Source of the DNA: Polyangia bacterium
GTDB taxonomy: Bacteria; Myxococcota_A; Polyangia; Fen-1088
DNA: 64,000 bases
Assembly (NCBI GenBank): GCA_035607055.1
Contig: DATNDC010000124.1
Coordinates: 1,708 to 65,707, forward strand
Direction: 5' to 3'
Under the pieces are notes generated by a model. That model had not been told where the DNA came from and searched no databases. It saw nothing but the letters and a program-made list of their open reading frames with translations. Within the stretch, counting starts at the first letter, position 1. Each line of letters begins with the position of its first letter. Below, in pieces: positions 52,395 through 60,491 of the stretch. Made by a program: the position numbers and the translations under genes.

Positions 52395-52588
52395 GCGGCG
52401 AGCTTGCGGACGGCGATCGCCACCGCGAAGAAGATCGCCGGCGGAACCAGCAGGAAGAGGCCCACCAGGCGCAGCGCCGCCCCCAGCTTCGACGACTGCC
52501 CGAGGCAGTTGGGGCAGAGCGCCCAGGCCGGCGGCGCGACGAGGAGCGCGGTCGTCACCACGGCCAGCGACGACCAGCGCGCCCTCAT
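52322..52588 (-). CDS. small two-TM membrane protein with a CPNC motif (hypothetical)
   Basis: 88 aa with high GC3 and an ATGA overlap with the upstream CoxIV-like gene. Its 3' 73 bp overlap the tail of the convergent cytochrome c gene. Confidence 0.45.
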   Translation of the reverse strand: MRARWSSLAVVTTALLVAPPAWALCPNCLGQSSKLGAALRLVGLFLLVPPAIFFAVAIAVRKLAAQGAASEPASPAAPPSRGGGVQDG

Positions 52589-52914
52589 CGGACCCGCACC
52601 TGAAACGCCGCCTCCAGCATCAGCACCGCGGCGAAGCTCCCGGCCATGATCAGCGCCACCAGCGCCAGCCGGGCCGCCGACCGCCGACGAAGCTCCGCCC
52701 GGAGACAGAAGACCAGCACGACACCTATCTTGAAAAGCAGGACCCCCGCCAGCAGCGTCGCGCGCATCGCGGCCGCCATCTCGCGCGCCACCGCCACGTT
52801 CAGCTCCAGCGCCGTCAGCGCGCCGAGCACGATGAAGGTCAGCGCCGTCCCGCGCGCGGGCACGCTGGCCGGCCTGTCGGCGTACTCGGGCCGTGACGGG
52901 GCGCGGGTCGTCAT
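52585..52914 (-). CDS. prokaryotic cytochrome c oxidase subunit IV family-like small membrane protein
   Basis: 109 aa read from the tail of track ORF 52585..53418 (MTTRAPSRPEYADRPASV..., three TM segments). ATGA overlaps on both sides. Confidence 0.6.
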   Translation of the reverse strand: MTTRAPSRPEYADRPASVPARGTALTFIVLGALTALELNVAVAREMAAAMRATLLAGVLLFKIGVVLVFCLRAELRRRSAARLALVALIMAGSFAAVLMLEAAFQVRVR

Positions 52915-53492
52915 CGGGCAGGGAGAAGGTAGACGAAGGTGAAGATCGGCATCCAGGCGAGATCCACGAACTGCCAGTAGAGCCCGACGACCTCCAGCGT
53001 ACGGGCCCGGGCGCCGCGCAAGGCGACGGCCAGCAGGGCCAGCACCCCGGCCGCGACGTGCAGGCCGTGGTAGCCGGTCAGCGCGTAGAAGGTCCCGGCG
53101 TAGAGATCGCCCCCCGGCAGGCGCACCGGATCGACCGCCGCCCAGAGGTGGCGGTACTCGGCGATCTCGCCGTAGAGAAAGGCCAGCCCGAGCCCGATGG
53201 TGGCCCCCAGCCAGCCGAGGCGGCCGCGCGTCTCCGCCGCGCGCGACGCCTGGGTCATGGTGAACGCCGAGGCGAGGAGCGCGAAGGTCATGGCCGTCGC
53301 CACGCCGAGCGAGAGGTGCAGGCGCGGATCGGGCCAGGAATCGGCGCGCACCCGCAGCACGCCGTAGGCGATGAAGAGCCCCCCGAACCCCATGGCGTCG
53401 GTGGCCAGGAAGGTCCACATCCCGGCCACGCCGACGCGCGACGGTCTCCGGACGGCCGGTGCATCGGCGACTCGGGCGCGGGCCTCGCTCAT
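52911..53492 (-). CDS. cytochrome c oxidase subunit III family protein
   Basis: 193 aa with WTFLATDAMGFGGLF, FLYGEIAEY, GTFYALTGYHGLHVAAGV and YWQFVDLAWMPIF. Confidence 0.85.
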   Translation of the reverse strand: MSEARARVADAPAVRRPSRVGVAGMWTFLATDAMGFGGLFIAYGVLRVRADSWPDPRLHLSLGVATAMTFALLASAFTMTQASRAAETRGRLGWLGATIGLGLAFLYGEIAEYRHLWAAVDPVRLPGGDLYAGTFYALTGYHGLHVAAGVLALLAVALRGARARTLEVVGLYWQFVDLAWMPIFTFVYLLPAR

Positions 53493-53541
53493 GGCGAGGA
53501 GATCGATAGCACGTTCTCCGGCGCGACCAGAGAGACCGAAC

Positions 53542-54462
53542 CTAAAGCCCGCTCACGAGCGCCCTGACCACCGCGTCGACCAGATCGAAGTAGGTCTTGA
53601 TCGCCGGCGTCGCGCCGACGTCCGAGGGGGCGCTCACCAGCCGGGCGTGCCCGTTGTCGGCCACGAACTTCGCCAGGCTGCTCGGGTAGAACGACTCGAC
53701 GATCACCAGCTTCACGTTCGACTTGCGCATCAGCTCGATGAGCTGCGCGGTATGGTTCCCGGTCGGGGGGATCCCGGGCTTCGGCTCGATGTAGCCGATC
53801 TCGCGCATCTGCAGCCACTCGGCCACGTACGACCAGCTCTTGTGGTAGGTGACCACGTTGATGCCGCGCAACGGCGCCGCGGTCTTCTCCCACTCCTTCT
53901 CTTTGGCGTCGAGGCGGTGCTCGAAGGCCGCCAGGCCGGCCTGATAGGCGGTCGTGCCGGCCGTGTCGAGCTCCGCGAATCGTTGGGCCAAGACGCGCGC
54001 GATCCCGCGGGCGTTCTTGGGCGGGATCCAGTAGTGCGGATTGCCGAGCGGGTGGATGTCCCCCAGCGCGCGCAGCTGGTCGGCCGGGATGTTCGGCACG
54101 TCCTCGACCTTGATCCCCGTCGAGGCGTCGACGTTGCCCGGCGCCCCGCGCTGGATGCGCGGGTTGCGCGACTGCTGGACCAGCGGCGGCAGCCAACCGA
54201 TCTCCAGGTCCAGGCCGACGTAAACCAGAGCGTCGGCGCGGTTGAGCGAGAGCACCAGCGAGGGCTTGGCCTCGACGAAGTGCGGATCCTGGTAGCCGTG
54301 CGAGAGCGAGGTGACCTCGATCCGATCGCCGCCCACCTCGCGGCAGAGATCGGCCAGCGTCTCGATGCTGGCCACCACCCGCAGCTTGGCCGAGGCGCTG
54401 CGCGCGCTGCCGAGACACGCGCCGGCGAGAAAGATGGCCGTGAGCTTGGATCCGAACCGCAT
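53542..54462 (-). CDS. metal ABC transporter substrate-binding protein (TroA/ZnuA cluster-9 family)
   Basis: The track ORF is trimmed to ATG 54462 (MRFGSKLTAIFLAGACLGSARSASA). Contains SLSHGYQDPHFVEAKPS, GDIHPLGNPHYWIPP and VVTYHKSWSY. Confidence 0.9.
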   Translation of the reverse strand: MRFGSKLTAIFLAGACLGSARSASAKLRVVASIETLADLCREVGGDRIEVTSLSHGYQDPHFVEAKPSLVLSLNRADALVYVGLDLEIGWLPPLVQQSRNPRIQRGAPGNVDASTGIKVEDVPNIPADQLRALGDIHPLGNPHYWIPPKNARGIARVLAQRFAELDTAGTTAYQAGLAAFEHRLDAKEKEWEKTAAPLRGINVVTYHKSWSYVAEWLQMREIGYIEPKPGIPPTGNHTAQLIELMRKSNVKLVIVESFYPSSLAKFVADNGHARLVSAPSDVGATPAIKTYFDLVDAVVRALVSGL

Positions 54463-54473
54463 GTCTGCTCCTC

Positions 54474-55769
54474 TCAGAAGGGGTGCGCGCCGTGCGCGCC
54501 CATGGAGTATTCCACCTGCAGGAACCCGACGGTGGTCGATTGGACGCCGGGGCCGCCCAGCTCCTGCCCGTAGAGGCGCACGCGCGAGAACTCGCTCGGC
54601 GCGAAGGTGAGCGAGCCGGCGCCGCCATAGCGCCGCGGCACGCTCGGTCCGCTCGGCAGGCCGGTCAGGTCGAACCGCCCGCCGAGGTAGAAGCGCCGCG
54701 CGATCTGGACGACCGCCTCGCTGTAGCCGGCCCCCTCGCTGGGCCCCCCGTCGGCGAGCGTCCGGACATAGAACTCCGTCGTCCACTGGAAGCTGGCGTA
54801 GCTCTGGGCCACGTTGGCCGGCTTCCACTTGTAGTAGACGTCACCGCCGTAGAGATAGCTGCGCGGCCCCTCCATGGCGGCGGGGGCCACGCACGGCACG
54901 CCGAGCGGGCAGTCGACCGAGCGGCCGGTGGCGAAGTTGAGGCCGACCAGCAGCGAGTGCGATTCGGCGAGCTCGAAGAACTGCTCCAGCACGGCGGTGT
55001 AGGTCAGGTTGTCGGGCGTGAGCCGCTCGCCGCCGCCGAAGGTGGAGACGCCGGCCAGATCGCCGGGCGGCGTGAGGCTGAACGCCTCGGCGTAGAGGGT
55101 GGCGAACCAGGGGAGCGGCAGCAGCACCGACGCCTGCGCGCCCGGCCCGCGCAGCCCGTCCTCGCCGAAGAGGAGCGAGGTCATGAGCGGGCGCCGGGTG
55201 AAGTACTGCATGTGCAGGTGCATGGTGTTGTTCCGTCCGAACTGCGAGCGGAAGGTCCCCCCCTTGAGCTGCAGGTTGAACGGCAGCGAGGTGGTGACCA
55301 GGTACGCCTCCTCGACCTCCAGCCCCGCGAGGTTGGGGATGGTGAGGAACACCGCCCCTTCGAAGTAGGGATCGATCGCCGACTGCGCCGCGATCTCGAT
55401 CTCTTGCAGGGTGAAGCCTTCCCGGCTGACCGACGGATCGTCGCCCGCCGGCGGCAAGCCGAGCGCGGCGAACTGCCCGGTGTGCAGCCCGTAGTAGCCG
55501 AAGCTGCCGTCGAGGATGAACGAGAGCGCCGGGTTGAGCAGGCTGCCGCCGGGCGCGCGCGCGCCCTGCTGCGAGGCCCAGCTCGCGTTGGCCCTCGCCT
55601 CCCCCGCGAGCGGCGCCGGCGTCGCCGCCGGAAGGGACGCCGCTCCCGGGGCTGCCGCCGCGGCGGGCGTCGCCGCCGCCTTGGCCGCCGCGTCCTGGGC
55701 CATCGCCTTGTCGAGCGCGCTCTGGTCGATCTGTTGCGCCAGCAGGTAAACGATCGCGGCGCTAAGCAT
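54474..55769 (-). CDS. putative outer-membrane beta-barrel (porin-like) protein embedded in the metal-uptake operon
   Basis: 431 aa with an Ala/Pro-rich N-terminal region, then alternating-strand sequence ending ...VGFLQVEYSMGAHGAHPF (terminal Phe). 8-bp overlap with the permease gene. The signal peptide at the annotated start is weak. Confidence 0.55.
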   Translation of the reverse strand: MLSAAIVYLLAQQIDQSALDKAMAQDAAAKAAATPAAAAAPGAASLPAATPAPLAGEARANASWASQQGARAPGGSLLNPALSFILDGSFGYYGLHTGQFAALGLPPAGDDPSVSREGFTLQEIEIAAQSAIDPYFEGAVFLTIPNLAGLEVEEAYLVTTSLPFNLQLKGGTFRSQFGRNNTMHLHMQYFTRRPLMTSLLFGEDGLRGPGAQASVLLPLPWFATLYAEAFSLTPPGDLAGVSTFGGGERLTPDNLTYTAVLEQFFELAESHSLLVGLNFATGRSVDCPLGVPCVAPAAMEGPRSYLYGGDVYYKWKPANVAQSYASFQWTTEFYVRTLADGGPSEGAGYSEAVVQIARRFYLGGRFDLTGLPSGPSVPRRYGGAGSLTFAPSEFSRVRLYGQELGGPGVQSTTVGFLQVEYSMGAHGAHPF

Positions 55770-56733
55770 GAGTCCCTCCGGTCATCGCCGTCGTTTGAGA
55801 TGCGCTCTGCCGCGCGCGCCGCAGATCGCGCCGGGCGGCGACGGAGCGCCAGACGAGCGCGGCGGTCAGGAGCGCCACCGCCATCCCGGTCTCGGTCGCG
55901 CCGACGGGAAGCTCGGCCCGGAACGAGACGGCGAAGCCGGCCACGCCCGAGAAGGCGCCGAACACCGTGGCCAGGGCGAAGCCGAGGCCGATGCGCGAGG
56001 TCAGCGCCAGCGCGGTCATCGCGGGGAGCACGCTGAACGCGAAGACGGGCAGCGCCCCCAGCGCCCGGGTGCAGAGCGCGACGGCCAGCCCGACCGACAC
56101 GAACAGGAAGCCGTTGAGCGCGCGCACCGGCATCCCCTGCACCTCGGCCCCGAGCGGGTCGTAACCGACGAACAGGAGCGCCCGCCAGAGCGCCAGGTGG
56201 CCCCCCAGCAAGATGACGGCCGCCGCCCCGACCCAGTACAGGTCCGACGGCTGCACGACCACCGCGCTGCCGAAGAGGATCGCCGTCAGGTCGTGCGCGT
56301 CCTGGGTGATTCGGTCCCCGATGATCACCGCGCCGGCGCCGCTGGCCAGAAAAACGAAGCCCAGCATGCTCTCCCGCGTGAGGTGCAGGCGCACCGGGTT
56401 GGCGATGAACACCAGCGTGGCCAGCAAAGAGGCGGCGATCGCCCACAACACCGGCTGGAACAAGGGTGACGGGATGACGTGTCCGCCCGGACCCGCGGCG
56501 TGGCCGGCGGCGTGGCCGAGCGGATCGATGAGCGCCGGCAGCCAGAAGGAGAGCGCCACGCCGAGCGCCGCGGCCTGAGCGATCGCCGAGGAGGCGAACA
56601 CCATCCGCCGCAAGACGACGTGCACGCCGAGGAACCCCAGCAGGGCGCCGGCGAGGCCCCCGGCCAGGATCGCGTCCCGGAAGATTCCCAGGTTGGCGAA
56701 CAGCTCGTGCCAGGTCGCGCCGGTGTCGGTCAC
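55762..56733 (-). CDS. metal ABC transporter permease (ZnuB/TroCD family)
   Basis: 324 aa read from track ORF 55762..57375 with GTG start 56733 (GTGA overlap). Polytopic, with a GHAAGHAAGPGGH loop and ...GAEVQGMPVRALNGFLF.... Confidence 0.85.
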   Translation of the reverse strand: MTDTGATWHELFANLGIFRDAILAGGLAGALLGFLGVHVVLRRMVFASSAIAQAAALGVALSFWLPALIDPLGHAAGHAAGPGGHVIPSPLFQPVLWAIAASLLATLVFIANPVRLHLTRESMLGFVFLASGAGAVIIGDRITQDAHDLTAILFGSAVVVQPSDLYWVGAAAVILLGGHLALWRALLFVGYDPLGAEVQGMPVRALNGFLFVSVGLAVALCTRALGALPVFAFSVLPAMTALALTSRIGLGFALATVFGAFSGVAGFAVSFRAELPVGATETGMAVALLTAALVWRSVAARRDLRRARQSASQTTAMTGGTHA

Positions 56734-57548
56734 GGTCGTTCTCCCTCGCGCTGCCGGTCGGCGCGCCCGACGAACCGCGCGTAGATGTGCTCGAACTCGG
56801 GCGCGGACCGCATCGCCGTCGCGGTGGCCGCCAGCGCCACCCGGTGGTCGCGATCGAGGAGCAGCGCGTGGTCGGCCCGCTCGAGGCCGTCCTCGACCAG
56901 GTGGGTCACCATCACCACGGCCGCGCCGCGCCGCTGGCGCAGGCGTTCGATGAGGCCGAGCACCTCCTGCTCGGCGGCCGCGTCCAGCGCGGCGGTCGGC
57001 TCGTCGAGGAAGACCAGATCGGCGTCGGTCGCCAGCGCCCGGGCCATCAGCACGCGCTGCCGCTGCCCGCCCGACAGATCGCGCAGCTGCCGCCGCTCGA
57101 GCGCTTCGACGCCCACCTCGCGGAGCGCGGCGCGCGCCCGCCCGAGGTGCTCGCCGAGGTTCGCCAGCAGCACGTTGCCGGTCCCCTGCAGCCCCATGAG
57201 CACGAAGTCGAGGACGGAGATGGGGAAGATCGCGTCCAGGGCCGACTGCTGCGGCACGTACGCCAGGCGGAGGCCCGGCCGCCGTTCGATGATGCCCTCC
57301 ACGGGACGGCCGAGGCCGAGCGCCGTGCGGACGAAGGTCGACTTGCCGGCGCCGTTGGGCCCGATGACCGCCCACAGCTCCCCGGCCCGCACGGTGAGCG
57401 TGAGCGCCGGCAGGATGGCGATGCCGTCGTAGCCGACGGTCAGCGCCCGGACGTCGAGGAGGCTCTCACCGGCCGGCAGGCGCCGATCGGCAGGCGGTGT
57501 GGCAAGAGATGAACTTGTTCGAGCGGCAGACGATAGAGGACGAGACAC
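56730..57548 (-). CDS. metal ABC transporter ATP-binding protein (ZnuC family)
   Basis: Walker A GPNGAGKSTF, signature LSGGQRQRVLMARAL, Walker B LVFLDEPTAALD. The N-terminal extent is uncertain (GTG 57548). Confidence 0.9.
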   Translation of the reverse strand: MSRPLSSAARTSSSLATPPADRRLPAGESLLDVRALTVGYDGIAILPALTLTVRAGELWAVIGPNGAGKSTFVRTALGLGRPVEGIIERRPGLRLAYVPQQSALDAIFPISVLDFVLMGLQGTGNVLLANLGEHLGRARAALREVGVEALERRQLRDLSGGQRQRVLMARALATDADLVFLDEPTAALDAAAEQEVLGLIERLRQRRGAAVVMVTHLVEDGLERADHALLLDRDHRVALAATATAMRSAPEFEHIYARFVGRADRQREGERP

Positions 57549-57692
57549 GAAAGCCTCCAGACTAAAGGGCAGCGTGAGCGCCGCGGACGCAGGCCGCGGA
57601 CGGTGTGACTGCCGCGGCTCCCGGCGAAAAAGAAGAGCAAGGCGCGGCCGAGTGAGAGACCAGCCAAAAGGGCCGGCCGACGTCGAATGTCG

Positions 57693-58118
57693 CTAAGCCG
57701 AGGGAGGCGAGGTCTTGGGAGCGCTGGCCAGAACGCCGGCCCGGTCGCCGAGAGCCACCGCTCGCTCCGCCGGACGGACCGCCGGCTGCGGCGAAACGGT
57801 GCCCATCGCGCCACCTGCCGACGGGGCGCAAGAGCTGCCCTCGATCGTGAAGGCGACGCCGCAATGCTCGTGCGCGTCCGCCGTCTCGCTCCCCTGCGCG
57901 CGGAGCGAGTCGTTGGCGCCGGCTGCCGGTCCGGCGCCCTGGTTTCCCACGATGGCCACCACGTGCGTCAGCTCGCCGTGCTCGGCGCAGCGGAAGTGCC
58001 GCACCGTCATCTCGTGCGAGATCGACAAGAGCTGGGCGAGCGTCGCCGCCGCCATCACCGCGACGGTGAACGCCTTGGCGGAGGCCGAAGCCCCGTGATT
58101 GCCGACACGCAGCCGCAT
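57693..58118 (-). CDS. hypothetical His/Cys-motif protein with an N-terminal hydrophobic segment
   Basis: 141 aa with high GC3. Hydrophobic segment AKAFTVAVMAAATLAQLL is followed by SHEMTVRHFRCAEHGELTHV and ADAHEHCGVAF. I recognise no family. Confidence 0.45.
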   Translation of the reverse strand: MRLRVGNHGASASAKAFTVAVMAAATLAQLLSISHEMTVRHFRCAEHGELTHVVAIVGNQGAGPAAGANDSLRAQGSETADAHEHCGVAFTIEGSSCAPSAGGAMGTVSPQPAVRPAERAVALGDRAGVLASAPKTSPPSA

Positions 58119-58144
58119 GAGCGCTTCTCCGAGAGGTAAACGAG

Positions 58145-58897
58145 ATGCGGTCGCTCGTCAAGGCGGCGCGCCTTGACAGATCGCCGCGCGCAGCGGAAGA
58201 CCAGCGGGTGGAAAGCCCCGCTCCACCCGAGATCCCCCCCGGTCCGCACCGGGATCTTCGTCCCCGGCGGCAGGCGGCGCCCGCGCGCCTGGCGGGGCAC
58301 CCGTTCGTCTGGGCGGCGCTGCTCGCGCTCCTGTTCGGGGTGCCGATCTTCCGGTCGGTGACCCGGCGCCTCGGCGCCTCGCCGGCGATTCTAGGAACCC
58401 TCCCCCCCTTCACGCTCACCGATCAGCGCGGCCGGCCGTTCGGCACGCGCGATCTCGCCGGCAAGGTCTGGGTGGCCGACTTCATCTTCACCTCCTGCCA
58501 GGAGGCCTGTCCGCTGCTCAGTCAGAAGATGGCCGAGCTCGGCCGCCGCGCGCGCCACCTCGGTCCCGACTTCCACCTGGTGTCGATCTCGGTCGATCCC
58601 CAGCGCGACACGCCCGCGCGGCTGGCCACGTACGCCGCCCGCTACGGCGCGAGCCCCCTCGGCTGGTCGTTCCTCACCGGCCCGGCCGACGCCATCGAGG
58701 CGGCGGTGACGGGCGGCTTCAAGGTCGGCATGGGCAAGGAGAAGCTCCCCGGCGACGGCAACTTCTGGCAGATCTTCCACGGCGAGAACCTGGTCCTCGT
58801 CGACCGCCAGCTGCACATCCGCGGCTACTTTCCAGCCACGCCCGAGGGGCTCGACCTCCTGCTGGCGGCGGCCGGTCGGGTGGCGAACGGCGCCTGA
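58145..58897 (+). CDS. SCO1/SenC family copper chaperone / thiol-disulfide protein
   Basis: FTLTDQRGRPF...KVWVADFIFTSCQEACPLL (CxxxCP), SISVDPQRDTP and IFHGENLVLVDRQLHIRGYF. The start is uncertain (ATG 58145 or a downstream GTG near 58208). Confidence 0.85.
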   Translation: MRSLVKAARLDRSPRAAEDQRVESPAPPEIPPGPHRDLRPRRQAAPARLAGHPFVWAALLALLFGVPIFRSVTRRLGASPAILGTLPPFTLTDQRGRPFGTRDLAGKVWVADFIFTSCQEACPLLSQKMAELGRRARHLGPDFHLVSISVDPQRDTPARLATYAARYGASPLGWSFLTGPADAIEAAVTGGFKVGMGKEKLPGDGNFWQIFHGENLVLVDRQLHIRGYFPATPEGLDLLLAAAGRVANGA

Positions 58898-58904
58898 GAC
58901 GGAG

Positions 58905-59483
58905 CTACGAAGGGAATTCTTTGGTGTCCGTCTCGCGCCGCCCCATCGCGAACACCGAGTCGTGCGTGTGAGGCCGGTCCTCGTCCGGCAAGCTGGGCGC
59001 GAGCGGTAGGTCCTGCAGCAGCGGCTGCCCCGGCGCCGCCCCGCCCCGCGGCCCCAGCGCCTCGCGCCAGAGCACGCTCTTCGCCGTCCGCACGGCCTCG
59101 CGGGTCGGCGCCTTCTCGATGATGTCGGCCAGGCTCAACACGCCGGCCAGGGTCCCGTCCGCGTGGACCAGCACGACGTGGGCTCTCCCCTCTTCGTTCA
59201 TCAGCTCCTCGGCGACGTGCAGATCGGCGTCGACGAAACAGGTGAGGACCGGCCTGGTCATCACCTCGCTGACGGCGGTCCGCTTCGGATCGAGCCGCGT
59301 CGCCATGGCGCGGTTGACGAGATCGCGATCTCCGACCACGCCCACGACCTTGCCCTCGGCGTCGCAGACCGGCAGAAATCCGACCTGCGCGTCAGCCATC
59401 ACGGTCGCGGCCCGGTCGACCGTGTCGTGCTCCGACAGCATCTCGACGTTCTTGCTCACGATGTCGCTGCACCTCATGACCAT
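58905..59483 (-). CDS. CBS domain pair protein
   Basis: 192 aa with two CBS motifs (VEMLSEHDTVDRAATVMADAQVGFLPVCDAEGKVVGVVGDRDL; VLTCFVDADLHVAEELMNEEGRAHVVLVHADGTLAGVLSLADI). Confidence 0.85.
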   Translation of the reverse strand: MVMRCSDIVSKNVEMLSEHDTVDRAATVMADAQVGFLPVCDAEGKVVGVVGDRDLVNRAMATRLDPKRTAVSEVMTRPVLTCFVDADLHVAEELMNEEGRAHVVLVHADGTLAGVLSLADIIEKAPTREAVRTAKSVLWREALGPRGGAAPGQPLLQDLPLAPSLPDEDRPHTHDSVFAMGRRETDTKEFPS

Positions 59484-59720
59484 CCCCTCTTCCTGCTGGC
59501 GCCGCCGGGGCCGAAGCCCTGCCGCGCAACATCAGCCTTTTTCGTAATTTGCTCATGGTTCGGCCCGAGGGAACGCCGGCTGACCCTGATGGTCCTCGAC
59601 CGGCCGCATGGCTCAGCCAGGCACGCCGTCGGACGCGTCCGGATGGGCTGGCCCCGTGATCCGAGGGAGCGACCGCCACGACGCTTGACGGGTCGGCGGG
59701 CGCCTGTTAGCACGACGCCC

Positions 59721-60491
59721 ATGATCAAGCGGGCCCTGGGCATTCTTGCGCTTGCCGCGTCGGTCGCGACCGGCGCCTGTCAGAAAGAGAGCGCCCCGGC
59801 CCCGGCGCCCGCTCCCGCCGCACCGGGCGCCGCGCCTGCCGCCGCCGCGGCGCCCGCGACCGGCCACGCCGTCGTCGAAGGGACCGTGAAGTTGAACGGG
59901 ACGCCGCCGGAGATGGCGCTGACCAAGCGCGACGCCGACCCGTTCTGCGCCCGGACGCCGATGAAGGACGAAGAGGTCGTCGTCGGACCTGGGGGCGGGC
60001 TGGGCAACGTCGTCGTGCGCGTCACCGAGGGCGTGTCGGGCCACTACGAACCGCCGGCCGCGCCCGCCTCGCTGGATCAGAGCGCCTGCATGTACCGCCC
60101 GCGCGTCCAGGCGATCGTGGCCGGCCAGATGATCTCGATCAAGAACGGCGACCAGACGCTGCACAACGTGCACGGCTACCGCGGGCCGTCCACGCTCTTC
60201 AACCAGGCGGAGATCCCCGGCCTACCGCCGATCGCCCGCAAGATCGGGGCGGCGGGCGACATCCTCAAGTTCAAGTGCGACGTCCACCCCTGGATGACCG
60301 GCTACGTGGTGGTGAACGGCAACCCGTTCTTCGCCGTCACGGGGCCGGACGGACGTTTCCGGATCGCCGGCCTGTCGCCCGGGAAGTACACGCTGACCGC
60401 CTGGCAGGAACGTTACGGCGCCAAGACGGCCGAGGTGACCGTCGCCGAGGGCAAACCGACCGAGGTGAGCTTCGCCTACGATGCCAAATGA
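59721..60491 (+). CDS. lipoprotein with a cupredoxin-like copper-ligand pattern and a CarboxypepD_reg-like C-terminal domain
   Basis: The track ORF is trimmed to ATG 59721 (MIKRALGILALAASVATGAC). LHNVH...(34 aa)...KCDVHPWM gives H...C-x2-H-x2-M as in amicyanin-type blue-copper sites. The C-terminus reads TGPDGRFRIAGLSPGKYTLTAW. Confidence 0.6.
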   Translation: MIKRALGILALAASVATGACQKESAPAPAPAPAAPGAAPAAAAAPATGHAVVEGTVKLNGTPPEMALTKRDADPFCARTPMKDEEVVVGPGGGLGNVVVRVTEGVSGHYEPPAAPASLDQSACMYRPRVQAIVAGQMISIKNGDQTLHNVHGYRGPSTLFNQAEIPGLPPIARKIGAAGDILKFKCDVHPWMTGYVVVNGNPFFAVTGPDGRFRIAGLSPGKYTLTAWQERYGAKTAEVTVAEGKPTEVSFAYDAK

